In this document: positions 43,355 through 54,344 of the stretch, piece after piece
Layout: each line of letters begins with the position of its first letter
Numbering within the stretch: the stretch's first letter is position 1
Assembly (NCBI GenBank): GCA_964019335.1
Contig: OZ025656.1
Coordinates: forward strand, 682,001-746,000
Length of the DNA: 64,000 nucleotides
Direction: 5' to 3'
From: Diplonema japonicum
Taxonomy: Eukaryota; Protista; Euglenozoa: Diplonemea
Made by a program: the position numbers and the translations under genes
Notes under the pieces: model-generated
What the model saw: only the letters and a program-made list of their open reading frames with translations
Databases searched by the model: none
What the model was told of the DNA's origin: nothing

Positions 43355-45118
43355 ATGGGTAGAGAAGAAGATGTCGCGGTGCTGAACGAGGCCTTTGGTC
43401 TGGATGGTGTTTTTGTGCGCGTGAACCCTTCTTTGTGGGGCAGGACTATGTATATTGTAAAGGAAGAGGAGACGCAATGGATGTACAAGCTAACTAACAG
43501 ATGTTACACGAGAGAGACGTTGGAAAACGCTTGCGCTACTTCCAGCGGTGCGCCTGCGGCGGGGGGCGTCAGTACAAGTGAATACCGAAAGACGAGAGAT
43601 GGCCATTACACCCATAGCCTCAACAGTCATTACTGGATATGCATTGCGTACTGTACCGGGGCGACGGACATAGAGCACTCCTCGGCGGGAAGAGAGAACA
43701 AACGTCTCAACCTCGCGAGGGCGATAGGCAGGATGCATGCGCTGCCAGTCGAACAGCTGTCCTCGCCTTCCTTTCAGGACCCGCCTGAGATCTGGTGCAC
43801 TCTCGACACCAACGGAGTGTGGGACTTCATCGGGACGACCGAGGCACGCCTCTTAAGCTGCGGAGAGGAGATACCAATCTCAGCCGGCGTGCTCAACTTC
43901 GTATCCAAAGAAAGAGGTTCCCGTATAGACGCGCTGCCCAAGCGGGCCTCCACAGGCGACATGCAGATCAAGAACGTTCTCTGTGAAGTGAACGGCGAGC
44001 CTGACGCTTGCATGCTCATTAACACTGAAATAATGATCCCCATGCCAAGGATGTGGGATGTTTTGTGGCTGCTGATGCTGAACGACGCTGCAGCGGGTGT
44101 GCAGGACAACGGTTTCCTCGATGCCACGGCACCGCAGACGTGGGTCAATGATTTTGCCTATGCGCTTGTAGTATACCAAGAGTACTCGGGCATGTGCTTC
44201 ACAGAGGAAGAAGTCTTTCTCTTCCACAATATGCTTCAGGTAAAGATTGCTCAGATAGCATACGTTCTCACCGACCTGTGTCCTGTGCTCACAAAGGTTT
44301 TTTGGGCAGCGCACAACAACAGAGAGAAGTTGAGAGAGATATTCAGTTCGTGTGCAAAGACAGGTGTACCTCCACCCGTTCCTCTTATAGAGGGCCGCGC
44401 TGAAGCACCGCGCTATGAGAACTTGGTGAAGGCTTTAGAAGAGAAAGACTTGTCAGTGAAGGTACCACTTTTGTTGCATTTCAATGGAACTTTCATGCCG
44501 GTCCATGTTGGGCACATTGAAACGGCCCTCGTGGCAGCCAAGCACGCGGAGCGGACTTTTGGTGGGACAGTAGTAGGAGTCATGTTCTCAGTGTGCTGTG
44601 CTGAGCATGCTCTGTCGAAAGACCGTGGTGCATCAGAATCATTGGTTCGTTTGAGGCCTGCTTTGATGCATATGGCCATTCATAGCAAGCTGAAAGAAGC
44701 AGACGATCTGCGAGAATACAACCCCTTCGTTGACACTTATGAGCTGGACCACTGCTACCCCGGTGACCTGAGCAGGGTCGCTGTATGCTGCAAAAGGTTT
44801 CGGGAGATGACAAACGGGAGGGGTCTAGTGTGCATGGTTGCCGGGTACGACTTTGCAGGGTGCCACTTGCCTTGGGTAGGTGGTTACCTGGATGTTGACG
44901 ATTCCGTTCGGGCTGTAGTGTCGTTGAGGGAGCCGGGTATGGCAGTGCCACCAACCACGTCATTCGGTATTCCAAGCACACAGTTTTTTAAGCAGTCCAA
45001 ACTAACTACGTTTCCCCTTCCCACTATGCGTAGTTCTACCCAGGTGCGCAGCAGCCAGGATGCAGTGACCACTGGAGGGATCTTTTCTGTAGGTGCTAGC
45101 CTCCAACACTTATGTTAA
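43355..45118 (+). CDS. Fusion of an APH/homoserine-kinase-II-like phosphotransferase domain and an NMNAT-like HxGH nucleotidyltransferase domain
   Basis: N-terminal part: KTRDG, LARAIGRMH, TGDMQIKNVL, LINTE, PRMWDV. C-terminal part: FNGTFMPVHVGH, VDTYE, VAGYD, SSTQVR. Confidence 0.75.
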   Translation: MGREEDVAVLNEAFGLDGVFVRVNPSLWGRTMYIVKEEETQWMYKLTNRCYTRETLENACATSSGAPAAGGVSTSEYRKTRDGHYTHSLNSHYWICIAYCTGATDIEHSSAGRENKRLNLARAIGRMHALPVEQLSSPSFQDPPEIWCTLDTNGVWDFIGTTEARLLSCGEEIPISAGVLNFVSKERGSRIDALPKRASTGDMQIKNVLCEVNGEPDACMLINTEIMIPMPRMWDVLWLLMLNDAAAGVQDNGFLDATAPQTWVNDFAYALVVYQEYSGMCFTEEEVFLFHNMLQVKIAQIAYVLTDLCPVLTKVFWAAHNNREKLREIFSSCAKTGVPPPVPLIEGRAEAPRYENLVKALEEKDLSVKVPLLLHFNGTFMPVHVGHIETALVAAKHAERTFGGTVVGVMFSVCCAEHALSKDRGASESLVRLRPALMHMAIHSKLKEADDLREYNPFVDTYELDHCYPGDLSRVAVCCKRFREMTNGRGLVCMVAGYDFAGCHLPWVGGYLDVDDSVRAVVSLREPGMAVPPTTSFGIPSTQFFKQSKLTTFPLPTMRSSTQVRSSQDAVTTGGIFSVGASLQHLC

Positions 45119-45194
45119 TTGATCTTATTGGCTGTTGGAGAAGCTCTAGATAATTCTTCTCTTTTAATGAACTTCAAGGGAATACACAATAACC

Positions 45195-46432
45195 ATGGCC
45201 ACACCGCGTATGAGCAACCTGATGGACTACGTCAGGGATACGGAGAGAAGCGTGGGCAGGAGCCTCCGACGTGCGTACGAGTCCAGCGACGACGAGTACC
45301 AACCTCACTCTTCAAAGTTGAGGAAGTACGCAAAGAACAACACGTACAGGAGCAGCAAGAGGCGCAGACGCGAAAGGGAATCCATTACAGAGAACAGAGT
45401 ATTGGGCGACGCTTCGCTAAAGGAGGAACTCAGGCCTCACAGGGTGGCGATGAGCCAGTGGTACATTGACCAGGCCGTAGGGAACGATCCGAGGGTGGGC
45501 AGCATCGAGAAGCTCTTCGGCTACATGAGGGACATGGGCTATGATGGGTGCGAGATCACTGCAGAGTGCTTTCAAAAGAAGTACTTCTACGGAACCTCCC
45601 TTGAGGATACTGCAAGGAAGGTGCGCGAGGTGGCCGACCAGTATGGGATGAAGATATTCGGCTCCTTGTACCACTCCCTCGAGTGGCAGTGGAAGGATGA
45701 AGTTGCGTATGTGGACTACATCAAGGAGCAGATGGCTGCCGACAAGATCCTTGGTTCGGAGTATGCGACATATCAGATCTTCCTTAGTGACGAACACGTG
45801 GGTTGCGGGTCGGACTACACTGACGACGATGCGTACATGGCGGAGTGCACACGCAGGATCGAATTCCTGAAGAGGATGACGCACGAGGCAGGGATGAACT
45901 TCTACGTGGAGACGCACGTCGATAGGATCACGCAGGACCCCCGTGCTGTGTGCAGGTTCCTTGATGAGACGGACTTCGAGATGAACGGCGACCTCGCACA
46001 CTACATCACACTGGGGATCAGGGGCGGGAAGTCCCTGGACAGAGTGCTCTCGACCATCAACCACCTGCACGTGCGCATGGCTAGGATGTTCGGTGACATC
46101 TCTGTAGGTCCGGAGGACCCTGAGCAAGACTGGGATGATAGGGTATGCTTGTAATCAAATCTAAAGCAACACAGGGCGTCACGTGGGGTCACTTTGCTTA
46201 CGCCATCCCCGCCATGAGGGGTGGTCTGTCCTCGCGTGTTCTCGTCGAAGAAACAGGTCCCCTCCACACTGTGGACGATGCCATTGCAGCAGGTGCGAAG
46301 CTAATCCCGTTGCTGCGCGCTATGGCTAAGTGGTGCGACAACGAAGCCAGGGGTCATCCCAACCCTTCCTTGGTTTCTCCCTCCGACCTCCGCCCCTTTG
46401 CGAAGACCGAGAAGCCCGTTCTCACACAGTGA
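45195..46432 (+). CDS. Xylose-isomerase-like/AP-endonuclease-2 TIM barrel (sugar phosphate isomerase/epimerase) with basic N-terminal extension
   Basis: GYDGCE, VETH, GDLAHY, HLHVR and EETGP metal ligands. Intron 46143-46174. Confidence 0.8.
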
Positions 46433-46788
46433 CACTAACACGGCTTTGCACCTTACATATATTTTAACTTCTCAAGGTAATATAAACAAAAGCTCACTGA
46501 AGGACAACCAGACACGACGGGGACATGTTCTCGGTCCGTGTTTTTTGTTATACAGTATTCATTTTGGTAACTTAACACCCAGTCTACCTCTGCTACTTGC
46601 TCAAAGGAAGGGTTGAGGTAGTCGGGCGGGGTGGGGGCGTTTGTAACGCGACGTAACACACGTAATTTCTTTTTGTAGTAGGGTCGTTGCTAAACACTTC
46701 TTCCCATGACGGTGGTTTTTATTTGTCTATTTTTGTTTAATCCCATCGCAAGCTCACGCAATAGGTAGGTAGGCAAGAAGACCTCGGG

Positions 46789-47331
46789 ATGGATGGAATG
46801 CCAACGATGGTTGTGTTTGACTTAGATGCGTGTCTGTGGGACCCTGAGGTGTATCTCCTGGACAGGAAGCCCAGCACGCCTGTGAAGCGCGACGGGCGTG
46901 TAGTGGGTGCGAGCGATGGGTCGCAGACAGTGACACTGCACCCAGGTGCGGTGGTGGCGTTGAACGAGCTGCAAGAGATGCCAGACGTAAAGGTGGCTGC
47001 TGCCAGCACCAGCCTGAACCCCTCGTACTCGTATGAATGTTTGAGGCTCATCGAGGTAGCCCCTGGTGTGTCGGCACAGAGTTGCTTTGATTACCTTCAA
47101 ATCGGCAGATCTGGGAAGCTCACAACACGAAAAACCACTCACTTCAAGTTCCTGCAGCAGGAGTCAGGTGTCTCCTACTCCGAGATGCTCTTCTTCGACG
47201 ACTGCGGATGGGATGACCATGTCGGCGACCTGCAGCGTACCCTGGGCGTCACAGGGCACAGGACGCCCAACGGTCTCCAAGTATCAGACTGGCGGGAGGG
47301 GCTCCGGAAGTTCAGAGCCAGCAAGCAGTGA
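46789..47331 (+). CDS. MDP1: Magnesium-dependent phosphatase 1 (HAD)
   Basis: VVFDLDACLW, AAAS, KTTHF, MLFFDD and LGVT. Confidence 0.85.
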   Translation: MDGMPTMVVFDLDACLWDPEVYLLDRKPSTPVKRDGRVVGASDGSQTVTLHPGAVVALNELQEMPDVKVAAASTSLNPSYSYECLRLIEVAPGVSAQSCFDYLQIGRSGKLTTRKTTHFKFLQQESGVSYSEMLFFDDCGWDDHVGDLQRTLGVTGHRTPNGLQVSDWREGLRKFRASKQ

Positions 47332-47439
47332 TCCCGACCCCATTAGTATTAGTAAGCCCTCCCATTACTGGGGCGTATATTTTCTATTTCTTAGGTAATT
47401 TGTTTTCAACCCCCTCTAGAAGCGCTTTTATTAGAGAAA

Positions 47440-48066
47440 ATGAGTATAAGACGCGTTGTGGTGTTGCTGGGGGTGCTGTGCCTTGTGCAGTCGCTGACGG
47501 TAAAGGTGGAGCCGAAGACAGAAGAGTGCTTCAGGGAGGATGTGAAGAGCGGGTCACCCATGACGATGATCTTCCAGGTGACGGCTGGCGGCCAGCTGGA
47601 CATCGATGCGGCGGTGTATGACCCAAGGGGGCAGGTGGTGCAGTCGTGGAATAAGGCAACAGACGGGAGGCACCACTGGACAGCAGGGATGACGGGGAAC
47701 TACAAGATCTGCTTCAGCAACACAATGGCAAGGTGGACTCCTAAGTGGGTGTCCTTTTACATTACAAAGACGGAGAGCTCCAACAGTGCGAAGCTGGAGC
47801 ACCTTGACCCAATTGAGAAGACAATTGTCCACCTCACACAAGGTCTCACAGACCTCCAAGAAGAGCAGCGACAGCTGCGAGCCGTTGAGAAGCTTCACCG
47901 TGACACTATCGAAGCCACCAACTCCCGCATCCTCTACTGGTCCTGCTTCGAGGCTTGCATTCTCGTTGTCATGGGTTTGTTTCAGGTATGTTAACACTGT
48001 AGACAATACACCACAATGCAGGTCTACTACTTGAAACGTTTCCTAGAGGTTAAGTCATCGATCTAG
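47440..48066 (+). CDS. p24/emp24/gp25L cargo receptor (TMED2-like)
   Basis: Signal peptide, GOLD domain (EECF…YKICFSN), TM and QVYYLKRFLEV tail after intron 47986-48021. Confidence 0.92.
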
Positions 48067-48589
48067 GTGGTGAAAGTGTGTTTTTTTTTTATTGTTCCCG
48101 GCGCTTTATTTTGTTTAACTGCTCTTCTTTTATTTATTATTATTTTTTTTTGAGGAACATGAAAAAGAGAACAAATAATAAATTTAAAAAAAAAGGAAAG
48201 GGAAACCATTTAGTTTATACAAGGAGACGGATATACGACCATTTTTAGCAAGAAATGAGTGTATTTTTTTTTTGATTATTTTTTTTCCCCTCAAAGAGAG
48301 ACTTTTTTATTCTTTTTTTTTATTCTTTGTTTTAACAAGTAAATAAAAAGGAACTGGTAATTCCTTGATGGTGCCCCCTTTCCGAAGGTCGTTGCATGTG
48401 GGCAGCACTTTCCCAGCAGAGCGGGTCAAGAGTGTATTATTTTACTTTACTTTTTCGTTTTTTTTTTTTTTTTTTTTTTTTTTTGCTTTTCTTTCTATTT
48501 TTGATTGTTCTTCGACATGCTGAGCATTTTCTATTATTTTTCGTGATTGTGTAGTAAGAAGAAAACAGGCTGCTGGGAACAGTCAGTAG

Positions 48590-50200
48590 ATGCCGTTCAC
48601 AAAAACAGTAAAAGAAGTGAAGAGGGGTCCCTGTGGAGAGCCCGTGGAAGCTATTGTGAAAGAAGATGAGTGTGAGGAAATCGAGCGGCTCAAGGAGTGT
48701 AAGTTCTGCAAGCCTTTGGTGACGAGGCCTACCAGCAGCGTGAGTTGCGTGTTCGCGTTGAACGGAAGGGGCGACGTACTCCTGCACCACATCTACCAGC
48801 CGAGGCATTGCAGGGAGAAGTATGTAGGCAGGTTTTTTGAGTGGTGGAAAGAATCGACTGAAGACAAGACGCCAGTGATGCGTCTTGAGGACGTGAACTA
48901 CTTCTGGATACAACGGGAAGCGATCCTCATGGTGGGCTACACGCCCCGAAACGTGTCCAGCAGCCTTGTACTGGAGCTCCTCTTTGCTTTGGTGCGTCTC
49001 TTCGGCGATTTTATAGGCGAGTTCAGCGAGTGCGCCCTGCTGAGGAACCAAGAGCTTGTTTACGAGATCCTTACAGAAGTTGCGGAGGACGGCATCCCCC
49101 AGTCCACGGACCCCGCCTACCTGAAGCCCTACATAGAGGACCTTCCCGTTGAGGCACCTGTCGACCTCCCTGAAGAACAAGAGCTCACAGCACTGCAAGC
49201 TATCACAAACACCGCTGTTTCCTACACCGGTTGGGTAGGCAGCACTGCCCTAAGCTACACACCCCTACCCCAGCTTGCTGAAGCGACAGGCATCGACAAG
49301 CTTCTAGCCCCAAAGACAAAACATCCACATGCAGTGCAGCCTAAGAAGAAGGCCCTCCTCGACAAGCGGATAGGCATCACGCACAAGAACAGCCAGATGT
49401 TCCTTGACGTGGTGGAGGAGGTGAGCGCCTCGTGGGACGTGGACACGGCAGGTGAGATGCACAATCTGAAGGAAGAAGTCTTAGGGAACATCTTCCTGAA
49501 GAACTACATCCCGGGCGTGCCCTCTGTGGAGATAGCCCTCAATAACAACCTGCATGTAGAGGGGCTCGACACGAGCATCCCGAAGGGCGATGCTGTACGG
49601 TTGAAGCAGTGCGGCTTCCACAGTTCAGTGCACACAACAGAATGGGCAGCGTTCAAGGGGCTGAATCTGAAAGCGCCTGAAGGCGAAACGAAAGTGATGA
49701 GCTACAGGTGCTGCGGCAACATAAGACACCCCTTTAAACTGTTCTCGTACGTGCAGCAGGTCTCGGCGTACAGCTATGAGGTGGTGCTGAAGCTTCGGAG
49801 TGAGTTACACGAGGGCACGGAGGGCAAGGTCATCGTGCAATGCAAGATGCTGCCTCAGTCCGCCGCTGCTACCTTCAGGTACGGGACGGTTAAGCTCAGC
49901 AGCACACACGAGTCTCAGGAATGCGAGTTCTCTCCCTCGTCGTGCATGCTGCGGTGGACCTGCAGCGTCGGCCCATCGACAGAGTACGTGGTGCGCGTCA
50001 AAGTGAATACCATGACCGCTCTCATTCCTCCCTTACACCTCACATCTGCCCAGCTGTCTTATGAAGTAATAAGTTACACCTCTTCCCATCTTGCTATCCA
50101 ATACGTTCGACTTGCCAAAGACCGTAGCTTCTACCGCCCTGAGCAGTATCTGAGGTACACAACGAAGAGTAGTTGCTCGGTAGTTAATTTTGTCCAATAG
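48590..50200 (+). CDS. Adaptor complex medium (mu) subunit, divergent, AP-4 mu-like
   Basis: Longin-like N-terminus (NVSSSLVLELL…LVYEILTEVAEDGIPQST) and mu-homology domain (MFLDVVE, APEGETKVMSY, YLRYTT). Confidence 0.85.
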   Translation: MPFTKTVKEVKRGPCGEPVEAIVKEDECEEIERLKECKFCKPLVTRPTSSVSCVFALNGRGDVLLHHIYQPRHCREKYVGRFFEWWKESTEDKTPVMRLEDVNYFWIQREAILMVGYTPRNVSSSLVLELLFALVRLFGDFIGEFSECALLRNQELVYEILTEVAEDGIPQSTDPAYLKPYIEDLPVEAPVDLPEEQELTALQAITNTAVSYTGWVGSTALSYTPLPQLAEATGIDKLLAPKTKHPHAVQPKKKALLDKRIGITHKNSQMFLDVVEEVSASWDVDTAGEMHNLKEEVLGNIFLKNYIPGVPSVEIALNNNLHVEGLDTSIPKGDAVRLKQCGFHSSVHTTEWAAFKGLNLKAPEGETKVMSYRCCGNIRHPFKLFSYVQQVSAYSYEVVLKLRSELHEGTEGKVIVQCKMLPQSAAATFRYGTVKLSSTHESQECEFSPSSCMLRWTCSVGPSTEYVVRVKVNTMTALIPPLHLTSAQLSYEVISYTSSHLAIQYVRLAKDRSFYRPEQYLRYTTKSSCSVVNFVQ

Positions 50201-50254
50201 TATTTTGCTCCTTTTGACGATTTCTGTCCCGCCCCACACACACATGCAGGCATC

Positions 50255-51790
50255 ATGCGGCTCGATGGGACATCGCCTGTCATGCGTCTGGCTCATAAGC
50301 CGGAGGTGTGCACCATGAATGACGAGTGTGGTGACCTGTGCAGAGGTGTCAGTGTGATGTTGCCGAGCCCTGTGCTCTCCTCGCCTGCAAGGCTTGGTTC
50401 GCCGATGCTGCACCGAAAGATATCGGGGTTCCGGATGAAAGGCGTACCTAAGATAAATGAGAATATCAGGAGTAAGTTCGAAGATCGAGCTTGTGAGGAC
50501 GAAGAGGCAATTGAAGGGGTGTGCCTGAAGCCGTGGGCACGAGCGATGATGCGGGATAGGGATTACGGGGGGGGGAACATCGAGGTGATATCGTCGACTG
50601 TAGTGCTGTCGGAGAATATCGTGCTGAAGGTTGTGAAGAAGATGGAGGCAGCACTTATGAAGGAGCTGAATAAAATACTGGGGTCTCGAGTGCCCACGAT
50701 GATCACTACGATCCCAGTAAACGAGGTGTTTGAGGAGGCGCCTGCATGGGCAGAGGTGGCCATGCTGTATCACAAGACAAAGGGTGAGGTCGGGAAAGAC
50801 CTTCTGGTGCGCCTAATGCGGGAGTGGAAAGAGGAGAAGTGTCCGCAGAAGCTCGAGGAGCTGGTGGACGTCGTGCGGAACGTAGTGACCGCCGCACGCG
50901 ACTTGTACGCGGCAGGCGTCGTGCACCAGGACTTGTGGTCTGGGAACCTCGTCGTGACCACCGACGGACTGGTGAGCTTCCTCGATGTAGGCGATTGTGC
51001 AGAGGCGACACCCTCCTCGTTCCTTGCATCTCTTGGCGGCCTTTTTGTTTCCATTGAAGGCATCCTCCTTGGCGTCCTCCTCAACAACGACGACAGCACC
51101 TCTTTCTCCCTCAAGGACCTCTGGCAGGCCTTCCCCCACCCCTGGTGGGTGCACACACATTGGGTGCCTCCCTACATGCTCAACGACGCCGAAAAGATAA
51201 ATGACGTGAAGGTGGTCATGGAGAAGCTGCTGGGCGAGGTGACGCAGGACGTCATCAAGGTTGGAATGATCGCGCACCTTGAGCGGTTTATAGGTGGAAC
51301 TCACCCGCTGACCCGAAGCCTGCAAATGGCACACCTGACGGGGAAGCAGCGATTCATGAGCGTGAAGCGGGCGGCTGTTGAGAGTGAGATGATGGAGAAG
51401 GGCGATGTGGAGCAGTGCATCAGAGGTGTGAGGGGGAAGGGCTTCTGGACGTTGCTGCGACAGGAGGTAGGAAAGAGTGTGGCAGGCGAGATCCAGTCGG
51501 GGGTAGTTAGGAGAGTGACCCCTCCACAGATGATGGGGTGTGGGCAGGGACCTTCGTACTTGCCACCAGCGCAGTACCCGCACCCGTATGGTGTCATCAA
51601 CCTGCACCCTACGTACGACCCCTTGCCGCCTGCAGTTGATTCGCGCTCGGCAGACGCAGTAGCCAGCCTCCTCACACTCGAGCAGATGACACTCTGTGGC
51701 GAGCTCCCTGACCACGTCATCAGCACACTCGAGAAATGGTGCTCTTTTTACGGCATCGCATTCAAAGGCTACCAGTCGATGAACGACTGA
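50255..51790 (+). CDS. Atypical protein-kinase-like protein
   Basis: IVLKVV, VHQDLWSGN and SFLDVG. No canonical glycine loop or APE motif. Confidence 0.65.
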   Translation: MRLDGTSPVMRLAHKPEVCTMNDECGDLCRGVSVMLPSPVLSSPARLGSPMLHRKISGFRMKGVPKINENIRSKFEDRACEDEEAIEGVCLKPWARAMMRDRDYGGGNIEVISSTVVLSENIVLKVVKKMEAALMKELNKILGSRVPTMITTIPVNEVFEEAPAWAEVAMLYHKTKGEVGKDLLVRLMREWKEEKCPQKLEELVDVVRNVVTAARDLYAAGVVHQDLWSGNLVVTTDGLVSFLDVGDCAEATPSSFLASLGGLFVSIEGILLGVLLNNDDSTSFSLKDLWQAFPHPWWVHTHWVPPYMLNDAEKINDVKVVMEKLLGEVTQDVIKVGMIAHLERFIGGTHPLTRSLQMAHLTGKQRFMSVKRAAVESEMMEKGDVEQCIRGVRGKGFWTLLRQEVGKSVAGEIQSGVVRRVTPPQMMGCGQGPSYLPPAQYPHPYGVINLHPTYDPLPPAVDSRSADAVASLLTLEQMTLCGELPDHVISTLEKWCSFYGIAFKGYQSMND

Positions 51791-52089
51791 GGTGGCTAAT
51801 AATAACTGTATTTAGATGTGCCTTCATCTCACCCTCCTTTTTAAATTTATTTTACTTTATCAGATCACGAGACAATACGATGTCGTCCCTCGCGGAGGGG
51901 GTGCAATAGACGATGCTGAAAGAGCTACTTAGAAATAGAAAAGAGAAGGATCAAGAGGCCAGGATATTATTAAAAGAATATAGTATTCCCTTCGTTCTCT
52001 TCAGGAAAAAATGAGTGTCAGAAGGTAAGTGGTAAGTGTTTTTTAAAGGAAGAAAAGATCCCCCCCACCCCCACCCCCGTTGACACCAG

Positions 52090-52164
52090 GCGGCTGGTCA
52101 CAAAGGCTAAGTCGACATTTTTTTTCCGAGCACAGGTCGGCTTCAAGCCTTTGTGTCATGCCGC
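52090..52164 (+). other. Intergenic hairpin of about 75 nt
   Basis: GCGGC/GCCGC, CACAAAGGCT (52099-108)/AGCCTTTGTG (52146-55) and AAGTCGAC/GTCGGCTT arms. Confidence 0.55.
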
Positions 52165-53508
52165 TACTTTAAGCTAAGGTCACAAACGACTACACCGGAC
52201 CCCATTTCCAGTACGAACAGTGGTCCATCGATGATCGTTACTTTTCTTTTTTAAAACGCAAAGCGGTGCTATACACCCCTCAACTCCCCACTCTTGTTGC
52301 TTGACTTCCCTTGCCTTTTTTTTTTCTTCTCCCCGAGATTTTCTTTTCCTGCTGCCCTGCCACCTTCTGTTCTGACATTGACGTACGTGCACTCATCCCT
52401 GTCGGTCCTCTACCTGTTTTTTCATTTTCTTTTTTGTCTTTCGCCACGCGAGGTGGCCTTCCTTCACCTTGTGGCAAGCTTCACGATGACAGAAAAAGAG
52501 AAAAATGAGTGAGGAAAGATAAATAAAAGAAAACAAAAAAAAAGAAAAACAGGAATAAATGAGAAATGATTGTTTTGTAACCGTTTTCACTTTAGATTTC
52601 ATCCCTTTATCTTATTTTCTCTCTTCCCCCTCCCCCTTCCCCTCCCCTCCACCCCAATGCATATATTAATAATGCGGTCCCTTCCCGCTATTCACAGCAG
52701 TGTCCTACGCGTTGCAAGTAGATGAGGACGTGTAACGTGGAAATGGTACCATGTAACAAGAGGAGATTAGGGCCGGGGGGGGGGCGGCGGGTGGTGAAAG
52801 AAGAATGAGAGGGAAAAGAAAGAGAAAGAAAAGAAATGTATTTTTTATTTGGTGGGTCGTTGCTAGCACTTCTTCCCCGTCATTGTGAGTTTTCTTTCTC
52901 TTTTTTTTTTTTCCCCCTTCTTCATTTCTCTTTCTTCTATCCAACACCTGCCGCCCCTCCCCCTTAGCCCGTTGTTCCAAAGAAAATGACTTTAAAGAAC
53001 CAATAATCGGAAATTTAAAAAAAAAATAAAAAAATATTTAAGATCAGCCATATCGTTCTTCCTCGCAGAAGGGAGGAACCCAGGGAGGGGAGGGGAGTGT
53101 TAGAATAATTTGTTCGAAATGAATCGCGGTTCCAGAAGGGACCCCCCCCCCCCCCCCCCCCTCGTGTATTTAAAAAAGAAATCATCATTTTCCTTTTCCC
53201 TGCCTTGAGCTTTGTACCGTTGTCCTCCTCATATCAGTACCATCCTCCCACCCCCCACCCCTTCTTTCTCTTTTACTTTTCAAGAGGAGCCCACTGCATA
53301 AGTTTATTGAATTAAACGGTGAGCACCCGCGCACCGAAATTTATCAAATTTGTTGTTGTTTCCTCTTTCTGGTTTTGGCTGCGTGCAGTGGGCGGTGGGA
53401 ACGCTGTATCTGCGGTCGAGCTGGATCTACACGAAGAAAGACGTTGGGGGTCCCGCAATAGACTTCGACAACAGGATAGGTGTGTTAAACACAACTCAGC
53501 GCAGCCAA

Positions 53509-53560
53509 CGCTGGCTTTGATAGATGGGCCCTGTTGCCCGGGATGGGATGACGGCCAAGC
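53509..53560 (+). repeat. Dispersed degenerate repeat, copy 1
   Basis: 24/27 identity to 59233-59259, followed by a shared GGG.TGACGGC..CAAGC. Confidence 0.55.
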
Positions 53561-54060
53561 GTTGCTAGTTTCTTCGTTGTCTTCCGCTGCTGAATGGAAT
53601 AGATGCAGGTAGAAAATGAGAACAAGGGGCGTCTCACAAAGACTTCCTTTAACTCATATATCTTTTTATTAGATACAGGACGTTGGCAACACGTTAAGGG
53701 TTACGAGCTTTAGTATCAGCTTTTTTTCTTTTCTTCAAAGCTTGTCAAGGTTCCCACCCTTGCAACGAACAAACAACAGCCACTTCCTTCCTGTTGCGTT
53801 TTTTTTTTTCTTTTATAATTTTCTCGTTCAAGATCCTGGTGTTCTTAAAAAATACAGGGTTTCTTTTTTATTCGTTTTTTTCACACCTTTCCTCCTTATC
53901 TTCTCTTTCCCTCCTCCCAATGGTACAACTATTATTCTTTATTGTTGAATACTGAACGGAAAGGGGAGGGCAGAGATACACATACAGGAGGTAGTGGGGC
54001 GAGAAAAGAAGAAGAAAAAGGAAGAAAGAAAAGTGAGGTAAATAAAAAGAGAATAAAAAG

Positions 54061-54274
54061 ATGTCGCGCTTGCAAGTTAGCACAGAAGTAGTTAATGTAT
54101 GCAAAAGATAGAATTAAACAGAAAAGAAGAAGCAAAAAAACCAAACACACGACAGCAATCCGAATTACAGAAGGATCCATGGTACAACCGGAATATGTTG
54201 GGGCATGTGGAATGCCGGTTGTGTTCTACTACACATCAAACGGACAGCAACTACATGGCGCACGCACAGGTATG

Positions 54275-54344
<70 letters not shown>

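Noticed and set aside
1193-48021. Apparent frameshifts and premature stops suggesting pseudogenes, recoding or an alternative genetic code
   Set aside because: Each is resolved by a canonical 30-95 nt GT-AG intron that restores conserved protein sequence (clear in RPL8, PYK, PRMT5, p24).
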